DNA of 58,567 nucleotides from Bigelowiella natans CCMP2755 (GCA_000320545.1 ADNK01003197.1:1-58567); one strand, 5' to 3'. Shown: positions 23,800 through 39,004, numbered from the stretch's first letter. Notes: generated by a model from the sequence alone, not told the origin. Numbers and translations: made by a program.

Positions 23800-24400
23800 A
23801 TGAACAATGTGGTCATCGTATCTGTGCATTCAGACTCTTCAAAAGTGATCTAGTGATACTTTGTCGTTCCGTGCGTATGTGTGTAGCGTATACACACCCA
23901 TCGTATCAAGCCATGTGATAGTCTAGTAGTACTGCCGGGGGGCAGAATCGCGCGCTTACGTAGGATAATGGCTACCATGCATTTGAATATATAAGTGCAA
24001 CTTTGACTAAGTTATTTGCCTCCTCACTAACTAGCTCACTTTCTAACTTTGTGATGTAGCACAAGCACGCACAACATTTGCAGTGCAAAATTAGTGCGAT
24101 ATTCAATTGCAATAACCAATAATGTAAGGCTAATGGTGTGACATAACAACAGCACCTGCAGCAGAGATCTCGCTCGTTATTAGCATTTACACGCGAATAC
24201 GTCCGGATGCGCTATTGTTCAATTTATATGCCTGTATACTTACTGCGTGCGTAGGATATAATTGCTTGTAAATGATGCTACTAGCTAGCTAGCGACTGCA
24301 TCTTGGTACAAGCGGCTTCGTACATCATATTATTCATGCAGCCTGATCGCACATTCATCCTTGTGCTCTGAATACGACGTGTGTACGAACGTTAATATAT
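23800..24400. other. CTAG/TGCA-rich intergenic block between convergent genes
   Basis: gtctagtagtac, ctaactagctc and ctactagctagctagcgactgca. Non-coding. Confidence 0.6.
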
Positions 24401-24419
24401 CATTTTTCTTGTTGACTTC

Positions 24420-27400
24420 TCAATGTGCTATTAAATTATCGTTCAAGGTTAGATTTCGGATCTTGAAGGCACTATATCTGACAATCTTATCCAATGCGTT
24501 GAAGTCATCTAGTCCCATCTCTAACGTCGATGGCATGGTCGGCGCGTTTTCGATGAGCCGCCCGCTTTTGTGGAAGATCGCCCCGATCTGGAACCTAGGG
24601 AGTGTGCGATGTTCAGTAACGAAGAAGCTTTGTAAACGTTGCGAATTTAGGAATTGAATTTATGCGACAAAAAGGAAAAAAAAAACACATCCATCGGAAA
24701 GGCTTCCACTTACTGGATCTCGAGCTTGCTACCCAGCAGCTGGTGTGTTAACATAGGCCCCGCACCGCCGCCATCAAAACCGCCGACCAAGAAAACATTC
24801 GGGAAACATCTAAGGGCACTCGCGAGAGTACTGCCGCTATTCGTTGTCTCCGAATCAACGAGAAGCGCGACCGGCTTGCCATAATACCTGCACAGATACA
24901 TGACCTCACTTCTTACGTCACAAGTCGCACGGGAGATATAGGATGTTCACGAGACAACCAAAAAAGATTCCATACATTCTTTCCATTCTAATTTCTATTC
25001 CGAGCCCTCTGGCCCTTGTACATGCATTTTCATTGCCCCTGCTCGTGTCCATTTTTTTTTTTTAAATCTTGTTTCATTTGCTTGTTTCTTACGGTAGGTT
25101 GAGGTCGCCTTGAGGCACTGAAATCGTCTTATCCGCCATTAGCTGCCGGTGCAAGAACCCGTCGTTCAGCTCGCAATTCAGCCTCCACAGGCCGTCGATT
25201 GACATTGTGCGCTCCGCTGTTGTCATGGCCGTCTTGTTGAGATCATCAAAATCTCCAAGGAAATCGAGCAAGTCTTCCCATTCACTAGGGTCCTGAAGCA
25301 GGCTTATTTCTCGCTTCAAGAACTGTCGTGTCTCTCTCACCTGATGCGGCGCGCAGAAATACTCCGTGCAGTTCCTTAGGGCGCGAATCAAGGTGGAGAA
25401 CTCTGTATGGGGCAAAGAAGATTTTTTTTTAATAAATGATCGAAGGAAGGAAGAAAAGTGAGGGGAGAAGATCGCAACAATGCAAAAAGACACATTGACT
25501 CTGCATGGAATATAGGCGTGCACACCAGCACAGTCTCCTCACATAAATGCAGGGCAATGTGGAAGACACTGCCGCCGTTTGCATTAAGAATTAAGGGGGA
25601 AGCGAATACTCGGCACCCGCGCAAGAATAGAGGGGGAGAGAAGGATCGTGTTCACTGTCTTTCTTTCCATTCTAGGAAGTTTTCCCTTCGGGGTGCAAAT
25701 ACCTTGCTGACTCAATCTGCCATCTTTGTCTTTATCAAAAACCCCAAGTATGGCCTCGAGAATAGGCAGTTCATCCTGAGGCGAAACTTGAGAGGCCCGT
25801 GCCGCGGCATATATGTTCATTGTTAACATGTCCTCGGCACTCTTCCGCTCCCCTGAAACCTGGTGTGTGTGAAAGCAAATGTTAGCGGTCTCTTCTTTCT
25901 TTCCCCCTTCTTCCTCGCCCCCCGCTCATCATCCTTACTATCACCATCATCATCATCATCATTGCCACCACTCCATCGTGTCCTCAGTTCTTTTTCGCTG
26001 CGTAGTGGCCTACCATGTAGTGGAATTGGCTGAAGTCCTTGGGCCTAAGATTGCCCCACTGAGGCGTGAATTTCCTCGTCTTTGAAGACGACTCAAAGGC
26101 CTGGATAGCCTGGCGCTCCGCTTCGGTCCACACGCTTGCCGTGGGGGGGAACATCATGTACCTGGCACGTCGCACCATCAGCCACTCAGCCAGGGAAAAG
26201 ACGGAAATGGAGAAACAAAAAAGTATATATCGACATGTCTTAGCATAAGAGGAGATGATTGCTTACTCCCTCATCTTCGCCTCTCCCTCCTTCTCCGCGA
26301 CCCTGCTACTAGCTTCTCTTTTGTTCAGCATCGTCGGCAGCTGCGCGTGCGTTTTTCCAGCAGCACTGCTTTCGCTTGATTTCTCCGTGCTGTTAGCTTT
26401 GTTGTTGTTGGCGATACTGCCACCATCACTATTCTGACGTGCCACACGCTCATGACCCAAACGGAGGGCGCCTGCAAGGAGAACCGACGGTTTCTTCTCT
26501 GGCTGCGAGAATAAGCGCGTGAGGAGGTGCACAAGGCCTGGGGCATGCCCGGACGAGCCTCTGTATCATAATATATGGATGGTGATAAGGAAAAAGATTG
26601 TATAGCAAACTCCCTTCAAGTACCAAATGATTAAGACGTCGTTCTCCTCTCTCTCCTCCTCAGGCTCCCCCCCCCCCCCTTCCCCCCTCTCGCCAGCTCG
26701 GTGTATGTGACTCACCGCAAGTCTAGAATGGTTCCAAGCGACGAATTGTGTTTCAGTCCCTCGATCGTCAGGATGTTGTGAATCTTCCGGATAAAATGGG
26801 TTGTGGCGTCCATTTCGTTGAGGTTGAGGAAGGTAACCGAGCAGTTGTTGTCCTCGTAGACGAGAATGTTGTCTCCCATAGACGTGGTTTGATAGGCTGG
26901 CGCGTCCTCAGGCCTCAGGGGAACCTCCAGCTGGATCAGGTCTGCAAGGTCCTCCTCCTGCTTATTCTGATGGCCGTCATCCTCATCCTGGCCTTCGTCA
27001 AGCCTTTGGGTGCTTTTTAGGTGCTCCGTGGGACTCGTACTCAACCTTCGCTTCTCCACCTTCTGTCCAGCATCGCTACCAATAGCAGCGCTTGTGTTGG
27101 TGGGGGGGGCTGAATCACTTTCCTTGTGATCCTTGCAACTAGCACTTGCACTAGCCGGCCCAGGAGCGCTATGATGTTCTTCGTCGTCCTCATCCTTGTC
27201 CTCATCCCTCTTTTCCTCCCAACTCTCGTTCTCTTTCTCCACGGCTGCCCTCTTGAGTGTGAGCGTAACCGTCTCTCTCTCCGGTTCTCCCCGCAGCTTT
27301 CGCAATTCGGCCACGTACTTTAGGCACGAGATGGCCTTCCTCCGCACGCGATTGCGGGGCCCTGTGGGCACGAATCGAGACCTTGATGCCGACTTCACCC

Positions 27401-27880
27401 ACGAATCAACCGTAGAGTTGTCGATAGCTACGACGATGGGGTGCCTGTAATGGTGGTTGTCAGAGGCAACTATGTCTCCCTTGGTGACGCGTGGTGTGCG
27501 CAAAGCAGGTGCGTGCATGGCCAGAAAATACAATCATAAGAAAGGGGATTTTTCTCTGCTATTCGCATTTACACATCTCTATCTTCCTCTCTTTGCAAAT
27601 GTATGTGTGTGAATACGCGCATTCTCAGCCCCTCTCCCACCACCCTTTCTCCTTTATATGTTATCCGTACGTCTCGATCAGTGGGTAGGGGTACGGGAGG
27701 TTCATCGTCGTCAAGAAGCTATTGAAGTAGCCTTCTCTCACGTAGCGCCTCAAAATGGCGTTTCCGTACTCGCTGTTCAGCTTTTCCATCAATTGGAAAT
27801 AGTTCCTAGAATAAAGCAGTGCGTCATAATAATAATAAATAGTCAGATGCGCGCGCACACCAAACCACAGAAACCTCTTC

Positions 27881-27924
<44 letters not shown>

Positions 27925-29085
27925 CGCAGTTAAGTTCTCGCTTAATCCGGGTCTTACTCTTTCTGATGCGCCTCCTTGGCGAACGGGAAGTAGTCGCAAA
28001 GCGCATTGACAACGGCCTCCTCCAGCTCCTTCCTCGGAACGTTTTTGGTCAGCATGACGGCGTGCTCGGTGACGTCGTGATCCTGCGAGGTCTGAAAATC
28101 TTCCACCTGACCTGGCGTGGGCAGAACATATCGACTCCTCTTTGCGTCCCAGATGATAAAAGGGGCAAGGATCACAGAGGCGATGCCCGCTTGCCGCATC
28201 GTTGGGGTCAGTGATGAGGAGGGCGGCAACGTCTCAATGGTGCTCAACTGCACCTCCACAGACTTGAAGAGGTGCCGAAGCATCGAGGCGATCTGGTCAG
28301 GAGAGATGTGCTGCAGGATTTGGCAAAATATCTCCCCGGTACTCTGGTAAGAATTACCGTCATCATTGGCCAATGCATGGTAGCGGTGAAACGATTGAGT
28401 GCGTGGAATGGTGAGACGACGGTGATGTGGAGATGAAAGAGAGCTGCCTACGACTACACTAGAACAACTACTTGCTGATATCAAAACTGAAACATCGACT
28501 GATGAAACTAGCAGAATCTGCCACCTGTATGGCCATGATGCCGTGTTTTGTGTCCACGTAATCAACGGGCGCTATCGAATGCGACGTCGCCAGGTTCATA
28601 CTCTCCGCTAACCGGTGTCTCTGAATCCTCGCCTGAGCCAAAGATATCGAGCGACATTAGTCTTATTGTTATCGGATATAGCAGTAGTGCGAGGAACAAC
28701 ATCATGATTAGAGCGACAGAAATGATGAGAAAGCAGCGGCTATTCCAGATGTGCATCTGCTGCCGGTGCCGCACTTGCCGCAGCGGCAAATAATCAATAA
28801 TACACGGACACGATATGAGAGATCTGCACACACCTGGCCGTCGCCGAAGCGATGCAATATGCGCCCCAAGCCTGTGATGATGTCTCCAGTGGTCAACGGC
28901 TCCTTCTCCTCAGCCTTCGCTCTTAGCTTCTTTTTTATCGTTTCAATCTCCCTCCGTAACGACGATGAAGTCCCAGATGGTTGCTTCAGGCGGTAATATG
29001 CGGCGTTTTTGGCCACGCAGGTGGAGAAGTCTTCGATGTCTTGCAGGGCCTGTTCCAAGCTGATGTACCTCCTCACGCTCGACAT
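24420..29085 (-). CDS. Peptidase S41-like protein with insertions including an EF-hand, about 11 exons
   Basis: N-terminal QALQDIEDF...NAAYY...LGRILHRFGDGQ; PDZ-like KGDIV...VVAIDN; ILDLR-GSSG; YYGKPVALLVDSETTNSGSTLASALR...NVFLVG...GGGAG. Spliced EF-hand loop DKDKDGRLSQQEF. Confidence 0.7.
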
Positions 29086-29272
29086 TTTGGCGAATCTGAA
29101 GTGGAGAATGGGAGTGGAACGAAGAGGAGGGGGGGGGGAGGGATTAGAAAGGCGAGAGGGATATTGTGATGTGAATGGAATTGTTGACCGAATGAATTTA
29201 TCATTGTTACTTCGTGATTATGATGATGATCTCGATCGATGTGGTGATATTTGTTACAAAGTAATGATGAAT

Positions 29273-30151
29273 CTATCGATATGATCGCGACGATAACGAT
29301 GGCGGCGACCTGCTATCCAGTTCTTTATCGGCTTGTGATAGATGCTGCAGAGCTGTAGACGTGTTCTTGGCCATTAATATTCGGTGGTCGATCACTTTCT
29401 CATCGTCTGTAGCTACGTGCAAAAACCCTGCCTTGTGCAAGAAGAAGTAGAAGGAAGCCCCGAACTCGGCCATCACACTGTGAAGAGGGGTCGGGGGGGG
29501 TGTCGGGGGGGGGGCACGTAGTTGTGAGTCTGTGTGTGTGTGTGTGTGCGTGTGTGTGTGCCTTTGAATAAAGTCGTGATAAATTTTCCTTCTTCACTCT
29601 CTTTTCGCTCTCCTCCTCCTCTCTCTCTCTTTCTCTCTCCCTCTCTTTCTCTCCGGCGCGCTTGCTTATCTCTAGCTCTTGGTTTCAAGCAGTACTATAT
29701 CTGTACTACCACTTTTTCTTCCATCACTGCTACTGCTACTGCTACTACTAACTACTTCTACTAGTTTTACCGGTAGCCGTTAATGAAGAAGTTGACGTCT
29801 ATATTTCGATCATGCTGACACCGACTGAGCAACTCCTTAACGCTTCGGTACGCCTGGTCTCCATGAACCGGTTTCAACAAAGCTTTCACGCCGGGGGTCG
29901 GTAGAGAGGACACATCCTTCATGAAGTTAGTCTTATGTCGAGCCATCAGCCTTGTTATCAGCCGAGAGAGGTCGTCATCGTCCTTCAAAGGCATTGATTG
30001 GGCCTTCTTGATCACGTCCGGAGAGATGTCGTAAAGGCCGTTCCAGCGTGAGTAGCTGTTTTGCAAGGCGGGGAATCGTGATATAGGCATCAAAGATTGT
30101 ACACGCTCCCCCCCCCCCCCCCTTTCCTCCCTCAAACACGTTATCATCGTA

Positions 30152-30194
<43 letters not shown>

Positions 30195-33127
30195 GTCTCC
30201 CGTGGTCACAAATCCCAGGATGAGTAAGGAAGAGATGTGTAGCTACCATCGCTCATCTTTCATTTGCATCAGCATTCAGTAGATCATATATGCTTCTTCT
30301 TCTCTCTTCTTCTCATGATTGCATTAACAGTTATCGATTTCATCATATTCTACATGTTTCCCGTCGCGACGACAACCCCACAAGTACGATATAATTATTT
30401 TTGGAGGAGGGGGGGGGGGAGCGTACAAGTCGGTGATGGCCTGCTGGGACCATCCCTGTATTTCGGCCTGCAAATTGTCCAGGCTTCTGGAGTCCATTCC
30501 ACGATATTTGCCAAACTGCCCAACAATATGCTCTTCTTCCACCTCGCTTTCCTGCTTGCCCTCCAAGTTTGCATCGTCATCATTTTCTTGCCCCTTCCAC
30601 TTGCCATCTCCTCCCCCCGCCGTTTCGTCCCCATCGCCATGATCTCCCCCCCCCCCCTCCCCCCGCTGCTGCTGCTGCTTCTGGTTCTTATGCATCATCG
30701 TAATCAAGCCGGCACCAGCGGCTGCTGCTGCAGCTTCTCGATCTGCTTTTTCTTCATCGCAGTCATCGCCATTGTTTCTGTCATTTTCATCCCCGCTATC
30801 ACGAATGTACCCTCCTTGTCCAGTACCCGTCAGCGGAACGTTTCTTCTTGTCGTCTCATCGTTTGCCTCCCCCCCTTCCAAGAGGTGATGAATTCCGGCC
30901 ACTACATCTTCTGGAAAATCGTCGGCGTTGGCCTTAGCTTGCTGCCCCCCTGGGTCGTCCTTGCTTTCGCTGAAGCCCCCCCTCAGGAGGAGGGGGGGGA
31001 AGGATCTTGAGCTCTCACTATGATACTCCCCTCCTAAAATTCCATTTGCATCTTTTCGCCTGCAGCGAGAATGACCGCGAGAAGCGAGGGGAGGATGATG
31101 ATTCTCTTCACGATGATCAAAACCAGCATCACCACCACCACCACTTCTTCCGAGAGCATTGTTGTTACTCCTATCCGCATTGATTCTCTCTCCTGCAGCA
31201 GCCTGTTGGCGCTGCTGAAAGCTTTGCGCCATCAACTCCGCGTCTTTCAAGCCGCCACTAAGGTCGCTGGCCTTTTGCATGTTTTCAGCGTGGACCCTGC
31301 GCCTTTGCTCGTTCGCCTCGCGCTCTCTTACCCGCTTAGCCCATTCTGCAGCTCGCTGAGCTTGAATGGCGGCCTCCATGTTGTCCTCGGCAAAAGAGAG
31401 GTAGTCCTCCCTTGACAAACGTGGATGCTGGTGGCTGCTGTCCTCTTCAGTGTCTGCCCCGCTCGCCTCCTCTCCCCCCCCCTCGCCCCACCTCCCTCGT
31501 GCTGCCCCCCTCCTGACTTTTGACTTGGGATCTCGTACGCCGTCCTCGCTTGCGCCACCTTGTTGGCCTCTTCCTCCTCCTCCTCCTCCTCCTCCGAAGG
31601 GCTGCCATACGGCAAAGTCCTCGATCACTTGCCTGCTAGCCCGTTGGGTTGGGGGTGCATCTCCCCAGTGCTGCTGCATCATCTGCTGCTTTCGCATCAT
31701 GCTCTCTCCCTGGGGAGGAGAGGGTTTTTCGATTGCCTGCATCATCTGATCGTCGCCTTTCGTCGTCACGGTAGAGCTCATAGAAGCCCCGGGCGGTTCT
31801 ATTTCCATCGCATCATCATTGCCTTCTTCCATGCGTGATGAGTGAGGGTTGGCCTCCTCCCTCCTCTTCCTCCGTGCAAGCTTGCCCGCTTCCTCGTGCG
31901 TTCTCACCACTCTCTCCCGCTCGGACTCCGCTACTCGCATTTCCTGAGGGAAGGGGGCAGTGTGACGACAATGTGTGCATGGTAGATGCATATGCATACG
32001 AGCAAGCAAGCGGCGCGCGCGCGTGCAAAACACACAGTCAGCGAGCTGCCAAACCGACTTCCGAGCGGCGCATCGTGATAAGTTCTCTCTTGCGCTTCTC
32101 CTGAGGAGATAGCGGGGCCTCTTCCCATTCTACCCCCCCCTGCTCTTGTTCGTCCATTTCCTCGTCTTGCTGCCCTTGCTCATTGACTGGCATCACCTAA
32201 GTTGAACCAAAGATTAATTCCCCTGCCATCAAAAATCATCAGCTATGCGAAATGATTAGGAGGGTACCCCATCCTTTGTGCTGCTTCTTTTCTTTCTCCT
32301 CCCTTCTCCTTCTTCTTCCTGCTCCATCTTCGTCGCAGCCTCTGCCTCACCCACGGTCATTCCAGGCGGAAATCGTTGCCCTACAACAAATACGTAGGAG
32401 TAGTGTTGATGGCGACGAGAACAGTTATGATCGAGGAGCCTACTTCAGGGGCTATCACACCCTTCTCACCGTGCCCTCATTTCTCCACATCAAATCGAAA
32501 GTGAATACCTTCTAATGGGGGGGGTTCCTGTTGTTCGCGTGACCAGTGCGAAAGGACTCGAGGGCTGCTGCTTCTGGATTGCGTGCCAGCTTCTGTAGGA
32601 CAGTGAAACGTGTGTGAGATACAGAGTGGGATCATAATCATCATCGTCCTCCTCCTTCTCCCCCCTCACATCGCCAATCACCCTCCTCACCAGCATCGCA
32701 ATAATCTGCCATCAGCGAGGCGTCATCAGCATAGTAAGACAGCTTAACGGGAGGATTTACCTTGAAAGGAGTCGGATTCTTCGCCCTTCGCCCCTCTTCT
32801 TCCTCCTCCTCCTCCTCCTCCTCCGCTCTCTAAGCGTTGGGGTATTCCGTGTCCATGTACGATCGAAGGAAGTGTTTGCCGCCATTTATCTTGCGCTTCC
32901 TGATCGCGCTTTTCCCGTTGATCTAAGACCCTTCTCCTTCTTTCCGAGGCCTCTACCTGTGCTTTATATTGCTGCCTCTCGTACTCTGCGATCGCTCGGT
33001 TTCTATTCTTCGCCTTGATCTGCTCCTCAGAATTGCCCTTCAACGCCTCTGTAGCGCGCCGTTCGCGCTCGCGCTGTTTCCTATTGTTTAAGACATGAAG
33101 CCGTCATTTACACACACACACACACAC

Positions 33128-33164
<37 letters not shown>

Positions 33165-33531
33165 GGCACTGAGGACCGAATATGTATTGGCTCATCGTTC
33201 GCTATTGTTTTACACGCCACAATTTCAATGGTGAATAGCAACGATGCCTCTCCGTTAAAAGTTAGCTTGTCTATGGTCTATGATTTCGAACATTGGTCGC
33301 AATGTATCACTAACACTCACTCTTGCTCCTTGAGCTTCTCTGGATCGTCAGTCTCTTCGTCGTCGATGATATTGAGGTCGCCAGAGCCAGGCTTCTCACG
33401 ATTGATCTCGCTCTTCAACGTCTCGATTTCCCTGAACATCGTGTGTGTGCAGGGGGGAGGGGGGGTTATTTTCCAGGAGACTTGGTATGTATATCGACCA
33501 AGCGTGGAGAAGTCTGGAGGGTTTATCATCG

Positions 33532-33563
<32 letters not shown>

Positions 33564-36494
33564 GTTATCATCGTTATCATCCGTGCTACCCCCATCATGA
33601 TGAATGACTTCCGTTTATTCAAACATAGCATGAATCAGCATATTGCACTAATCCTCCTTCTTCCTCACCTGTAGGTGTCAAACATCTGCTCGATCGTCTG
33701 GGGCTGGTTCATTTTCCCCTTGAGCTGCACGAGACGCGGCAGGTTTGCAGCTTTCTGGAGAAGCTTCTGCTTCTCTTCACTGGCCATGTTCTTACGACGG
33801 TGATTCTCCTCTATCTCTTGCACAGCGACTCGTGCCCTGGCCAGGTTTTCTTCCAGCTTCAAAGCCGCGTCCAATGTCATCGCCGAGGATGATGATGATG
33901 ATGATGACGATGATTGCGGTGGTGGTGGGGGGGGGTGCGCAGCTGGATCGGATGGGGAAGAAGGAATAGCAGGTTGCTGGGAGGGGGGCGAAGACGTTGG
34001 GATAATTGTCGGCTTGGATGCGCTGCTCTCTTCTGTTGGCATCGTCGATGGGTTTTGAAGTGGTTTGCTTGAATTGCTAGTAATCTTGTCCGCGTCGTGT
34101 GCTATTGTTGTTGTTGCTCCTGCTGCTGATGATGCTGCTCCTGGGGCTTTTCCTGGAAATGCTTTTCCCTCCCCCTGAGAATCCTCCTCATCCCCATCCC
34201 CGTCCTCGTCCTCGTCCTCGCCATTCCACCCGGGGCTATAGCCTTTGTAGTAGTCTTTGAAAGCAGCTTTGTGGTTTGCCGCAGAGGTTGGACGATACAA
34301 TGCGGGTTCATAGTTGGGATATGACAATGGGTGCTCCAGCTCGTCCTGAGGCGGCCATTGTAGCCTGATTATATACGAGAAGAAGAGCCATTATGACGAC
34401 GGTAACCTTGATGTAATTATTGCCTATATTTGCAAGAGAAACAACACGCCGAATATGCCCGAGATTTGGAACACAATCTCTCTCTCTCTCTCTCCCTCTC
34501 TCTCTCTCTCTCTTTCACTTTTCGAATGATCTATGCTACAGTCCGTTTCTCCTGATGATTTTCGCACATCTGCCGCTGCTTCTTCAAATGGTTGCTGTCT
34601 GTTTCTGCTCTCACTGATACGTGGTTTATGACTATTTTTAGTGGGGATGCATGACTGCTCTTGGCGTTACATGTCTGGCTTTGGGAGGCCCTTCCGCTTG
34701 GCTTTCTTCAGGTGTTTGAAGTACTTCTCGCGTGATTCCTCCGTTTCATAGTGGCCAGTCACACGCTTCAGGTGCTACGGTTGGTTGTTGGCGGAACGAA
34801 TATTAAAGCATGAGTGGGTGGGGATAAGTTATTAGGTAGAGAGGTGAAGGTTTAAAAGCAGAACAACGGTTGCATCGTTATCATCATCATCATAATCATC
34901 ATCAGCAGCAGCAGGAGGAGGATGAGTATGATGAGCAGGATTCCCACCTCGATTTCCTTCCTTTGTGCCGAAGTCATCTTCTCGTAAGACGCCATGTGCT
35001 TCTCTCGCGCCTTGACCTCGTTCACCTTCTCCCTGCAAGCAGCAACCTCAACTTTAGTATTGCACACCAAGAAGACTGAAACAGTTGGTTTATTTTCTAA
35101 CATGTGTCCTGCTCATATTCAGGGGCAGGGAGGAGAGCCAGTAGTATCACACACCTCAAATTGAGTTTGTTATCAGTGGCAAGTCGTTTTTGAAGGTCCT
35201 TTTTGAACCTAGCCTGTGGAGAAGAGAAGAGACAAATTCGTCATAAAACCCTCACTGTGCTCACATTTGCATGCATACCAACCATCTGCGTGCATAATGT
35301 AACATAATATGATATACGAGCAACCAAGGAAGATAGGATGAGAAATCAAAGGAAAAAAGAAAATATGCTCCACTGCATCTCTTCAGCACCAACCATATAT
35401 CCCCAACATGGCCACCCACACACTAAAGTTACTAGTCTCTACATTTTCTTGCTCGATGTGGCTCTCTAGTGTGCCGTTCTTGAATCGCGCAAAATCGTCT
35501 ATCATTCTCTGAAACAACACAAGATGAAGAGGCCGTCGTGTTCATTTCTCTCGGTAGCAACGAGACAATGGACAAACCATGGTAAAAATGACAGAAGCGA
35601 TAAATGCTGATTAGGGTCGCGGGATGGGTAGAGGGCAGGAGGGGGAGGACAAACAACCTGTTGCTCTGCATCCTCATGGGCCTCTCCCATCTTCATGAAT
35701 GAGTCCCAGAAGTCCTCGCTGTCCGTCTGGTTTTTGAAGGGAGACGGCATCTCGAAGATGTTCTCCTCTACCACATTCTCAATGAACTCTTTGTAATCCT
35801 GTCATGATGAGAGGAATAGAGATGTTGAAGGTGTGGAGAAGGGGGGTGGGGGGGGGGGATGCAGGAGGATGAAAAGGGAAGGGGAAATTGAAGGTGTATT
35901 TTCCTCTTACTCCTCTCTTCACCCTTCTCCGCCTTCTTCTCCACCTTCTCCTCTCTGTGTGCGTGTCTGTACATGCTAACGGAGCACAGGCTGCCTCTGC
36001 ATATCTATACCTGCTTCGTTTTTAAGGAATAGTTGGCAAATCTTCCATCTTCCTTGGCTTTCTCCGCAGTCTTGATAAACCTTTTCACTCGCATCTTCAT
36101 GATGCTAAACTCAGGGTCTGTGATTTCATCATCATCATTATCATCGTCGTTATCATCATAGGCAGCAGACTCAACGGAGGGCTCTTCCCGCCCACTTGAT
36201 ATCGTTGTTGCATTGAGAGCTGCTTCTGCCTCTGAAATCGCCGCAAGACTTGCCTGTTATGAGTATGATACATTGTCCCAAATGAGTACGTGCTCGCACC
36301 GCAGCACATGTGACAGGCGTAAGTACCTCTTTGACCTCTTGATATTTCTTCTGATCAAGAGATGTAAGCATGCTGCTGTTACTTTCTTCTTCCAACGGTG
36401 AAAGCTCATCTCCATCTTCTAGTTCGGTGCTGTCGCCGTCCTCGTCGTTGTCGGTCTTATCCTCGGGGAGCTGAAGAAGATGTTCAGCATGCTA

Positions 36495-36540
<46 letters not shown>

Positions 36541-37880
36541 TGCAGCATCCTCGTCGACATCTTCAGGCATTCATCTCAGTGAAAGCGGTGCTGTCGTAGA
36601 TCAGGTTGTGGAATATCGGATGAACACTGCGAAAGCTACAAAAAGGGTTCACGCATGCATTGCTCGCATTAGCAACCCGCTGTCTTCCTTTCTCCTCTCA
36701 CATATATCCGGCCGAGTTACCTCCTCGAAGCGGTCGTTTGGGTCCTCCATCTTCGCCGTGTCCAACAACCTCTTTAGATCTTCGGTACGCTGACGAAGTT
36801 GGTGATAGTCCTTCTCCATTTCACCCTTATATTGGAGAATATGCTCTCCGGGTTGCTGCTCTTTCAGCTTCCTCTGCTCTAGTGCCGTTTTATTCTCGTA
36901 AGTCGCTGGCTTCACTGGACTGTAGGACCTCGCTTTCGAAGATCCCGATGGCTTAAGTTTGGACGATATCATTCCAACCACCTTCTTCCCAAAGCTGTTG
37001 TTGATTGAAGGAGTCAGAAAATGACAATAATAATGATTTTCAGCTGCTATGCTAATAGAAAGTAAGGTACAGGTACATCCAATCTCATCATCGAGGCGTA
37101 GAATCAGAATACGACAGTGCTTAGATATGTGGTCTATAATCCCTTCACCGCACTTACTCTGTCTTCCAGGCGACGCCGCCAGCAAAGGAAACCATGGCTC
37201 CAAAAGCGCCTATTGTAAGTACGATTCAGAAAATAACAACAGGAATAGAGCAGAAACAGCAACAATTACGTAGACACACAAGAAAACAAGTTGAAATTTG
37301 GATAGTTAGAGTATAGTCATGATGAATTCTTGATTGCGTTTTTCCTAGTATCTCACAGAATCAGGAAAGAGACTTAACTATCCTAGATATGTATATACGG
37401 GCTACCGAGCTTCTTTTTCCAGGACTGCCTCCCCACTTCGAACGCCGATGCTTGTCTTTGCACGCCCATTCCAGACGAGGATCCAAAGTCGTCGCCCACA
37501 CCGTCCTGCCACGTATTCGGTCGTCAATCACATGTTGTGTTGCGAGCAAGAGGGTTCTCATAGATTCAGCGGCGACCCGTCGTGGAGTCACACACAGAGT
37601 CTATTCGGACCAAAAAAACGCCAACGTGCGCGAGAATACGTACCAAGGCAGATCCAACCATCGCTGGAGGAACATGTATCCATGGGGTCTTAGGTGTGGC
37701 AGTAGTACTTCTACTTCTATCCCTTCTAGGTATTGTCCCAGATTGAGTGGAGAGTATCACAGATGCCGAGATGCTAATTAGCGAGATTATCACGATGATC
37801 TGTCTGTGATAGTGTCGCAACTGCCCCGGCCTGCTTCCCCTCCGCCGGAGCCTGCCGTCGACCAGCAGTCCTAAAGGCAT
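29273..37880 (-). CDS. Large low-complexity/coiled-coil hypothetical protein, many exons
   Basis: Series of GT-AG-bounded charged exons (e.g. 36995-36690, 35770-35597, 34365-33670, 33080-32750, ~31950-30425, ~30065-29770) ending SLSSRSYR*. Hydrophobic segment near the N-terminus. No recognised domain, and it could be two genes. Confidence 0.6.
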
Positions 37881-38499
37881 TATCCAAAAAGTAAGAATCA
37901 GCGGAATCCGCAATCAACAAGCACCACGTGACCTCCCCCTCCTCTAATCTAACATCTGCGGAGGATATTGGCTTCCTCTTCTGGCTGCAGCCTGGCATGG
38001 CTCTAACAACCACGGGTAAAGTCTAATCCCACATGATAAGAGATCTTTGTTGCGATTTGTTTGACATAACGCAGGGGGAGGGTAGTCAGTTAACCATCTC
38101 GGAGGAGGGGAGCCATAATCTTGTTCAGATCTTATTTGCGAGCAGCCTCTTCCGCTCTTCCGACAAGGGAGTTTTCGTCAGAAAAATACCGATAAATCTT
38201 CCTAAAAGCACAAGGTAACATGTCAATCCCTATCTACCAAGTAAAATAAACTTATCTGAAAACCCGATCTTGTGAATATGATACTTATATCTTAGGTATT
38301 TTATTGATGAGAATTTGTCCAACGAGTATGTTGGTTTCCCGCTGTTCGCCGTTGGCTGAGCGATGGAGCAACTGTGCGTGTCGCAAGAAGGGAGGCCATA
38401 TTACTATTTTTTAGGGTTTATTTTTTTGTCGCACATGAATTATCACATCAATTCTGCAAAAGTGGGAGCTCGAGCTCACCACCCCCTCCCACCTTCCAA

Positions 38500-38773
38500 G
38501 ATGGCACCCGGTCGGTCGTCTGTCTTCGACAACCACACATCGCCTCGATGTGGCATGCAATATTCTACCTAGAGATTGTAGATCGTGCTGTGGACCTTTT
38601 CACTATGTGTATGTGCGTTTGCCTTTTGAATGCAAGTAATTTGGCTTCTTCCGTCGATGTAATTCTTTTTAGTTGTTCCAAACCCGAGCTCGTTGCAGTT
38701 GGCTCAAAGCATGCGCGTACTTCTAGTCCTTCACTTCCTGCTTGCTATTGTAGGGGTAAGTGGCTGAGCAATA

Positions 38774-38821
<48 letters not shown>

Positions 38822-39004
38822 GTTGCTAGAGATCGATTCTTCTAAAGATCGGAAAGATGAAAAAGCAAGGCAGATATTTGACTCTTCCGTTTATCGTAGC
38901 TATTCTTTGGCGAAAAGCACAAAAATGTCATATTTGATATTTTCCTCGCTGGACTTGGGTAGCACAATTATATGAATCATAAACACACACACACACACAC
39001 ACAT

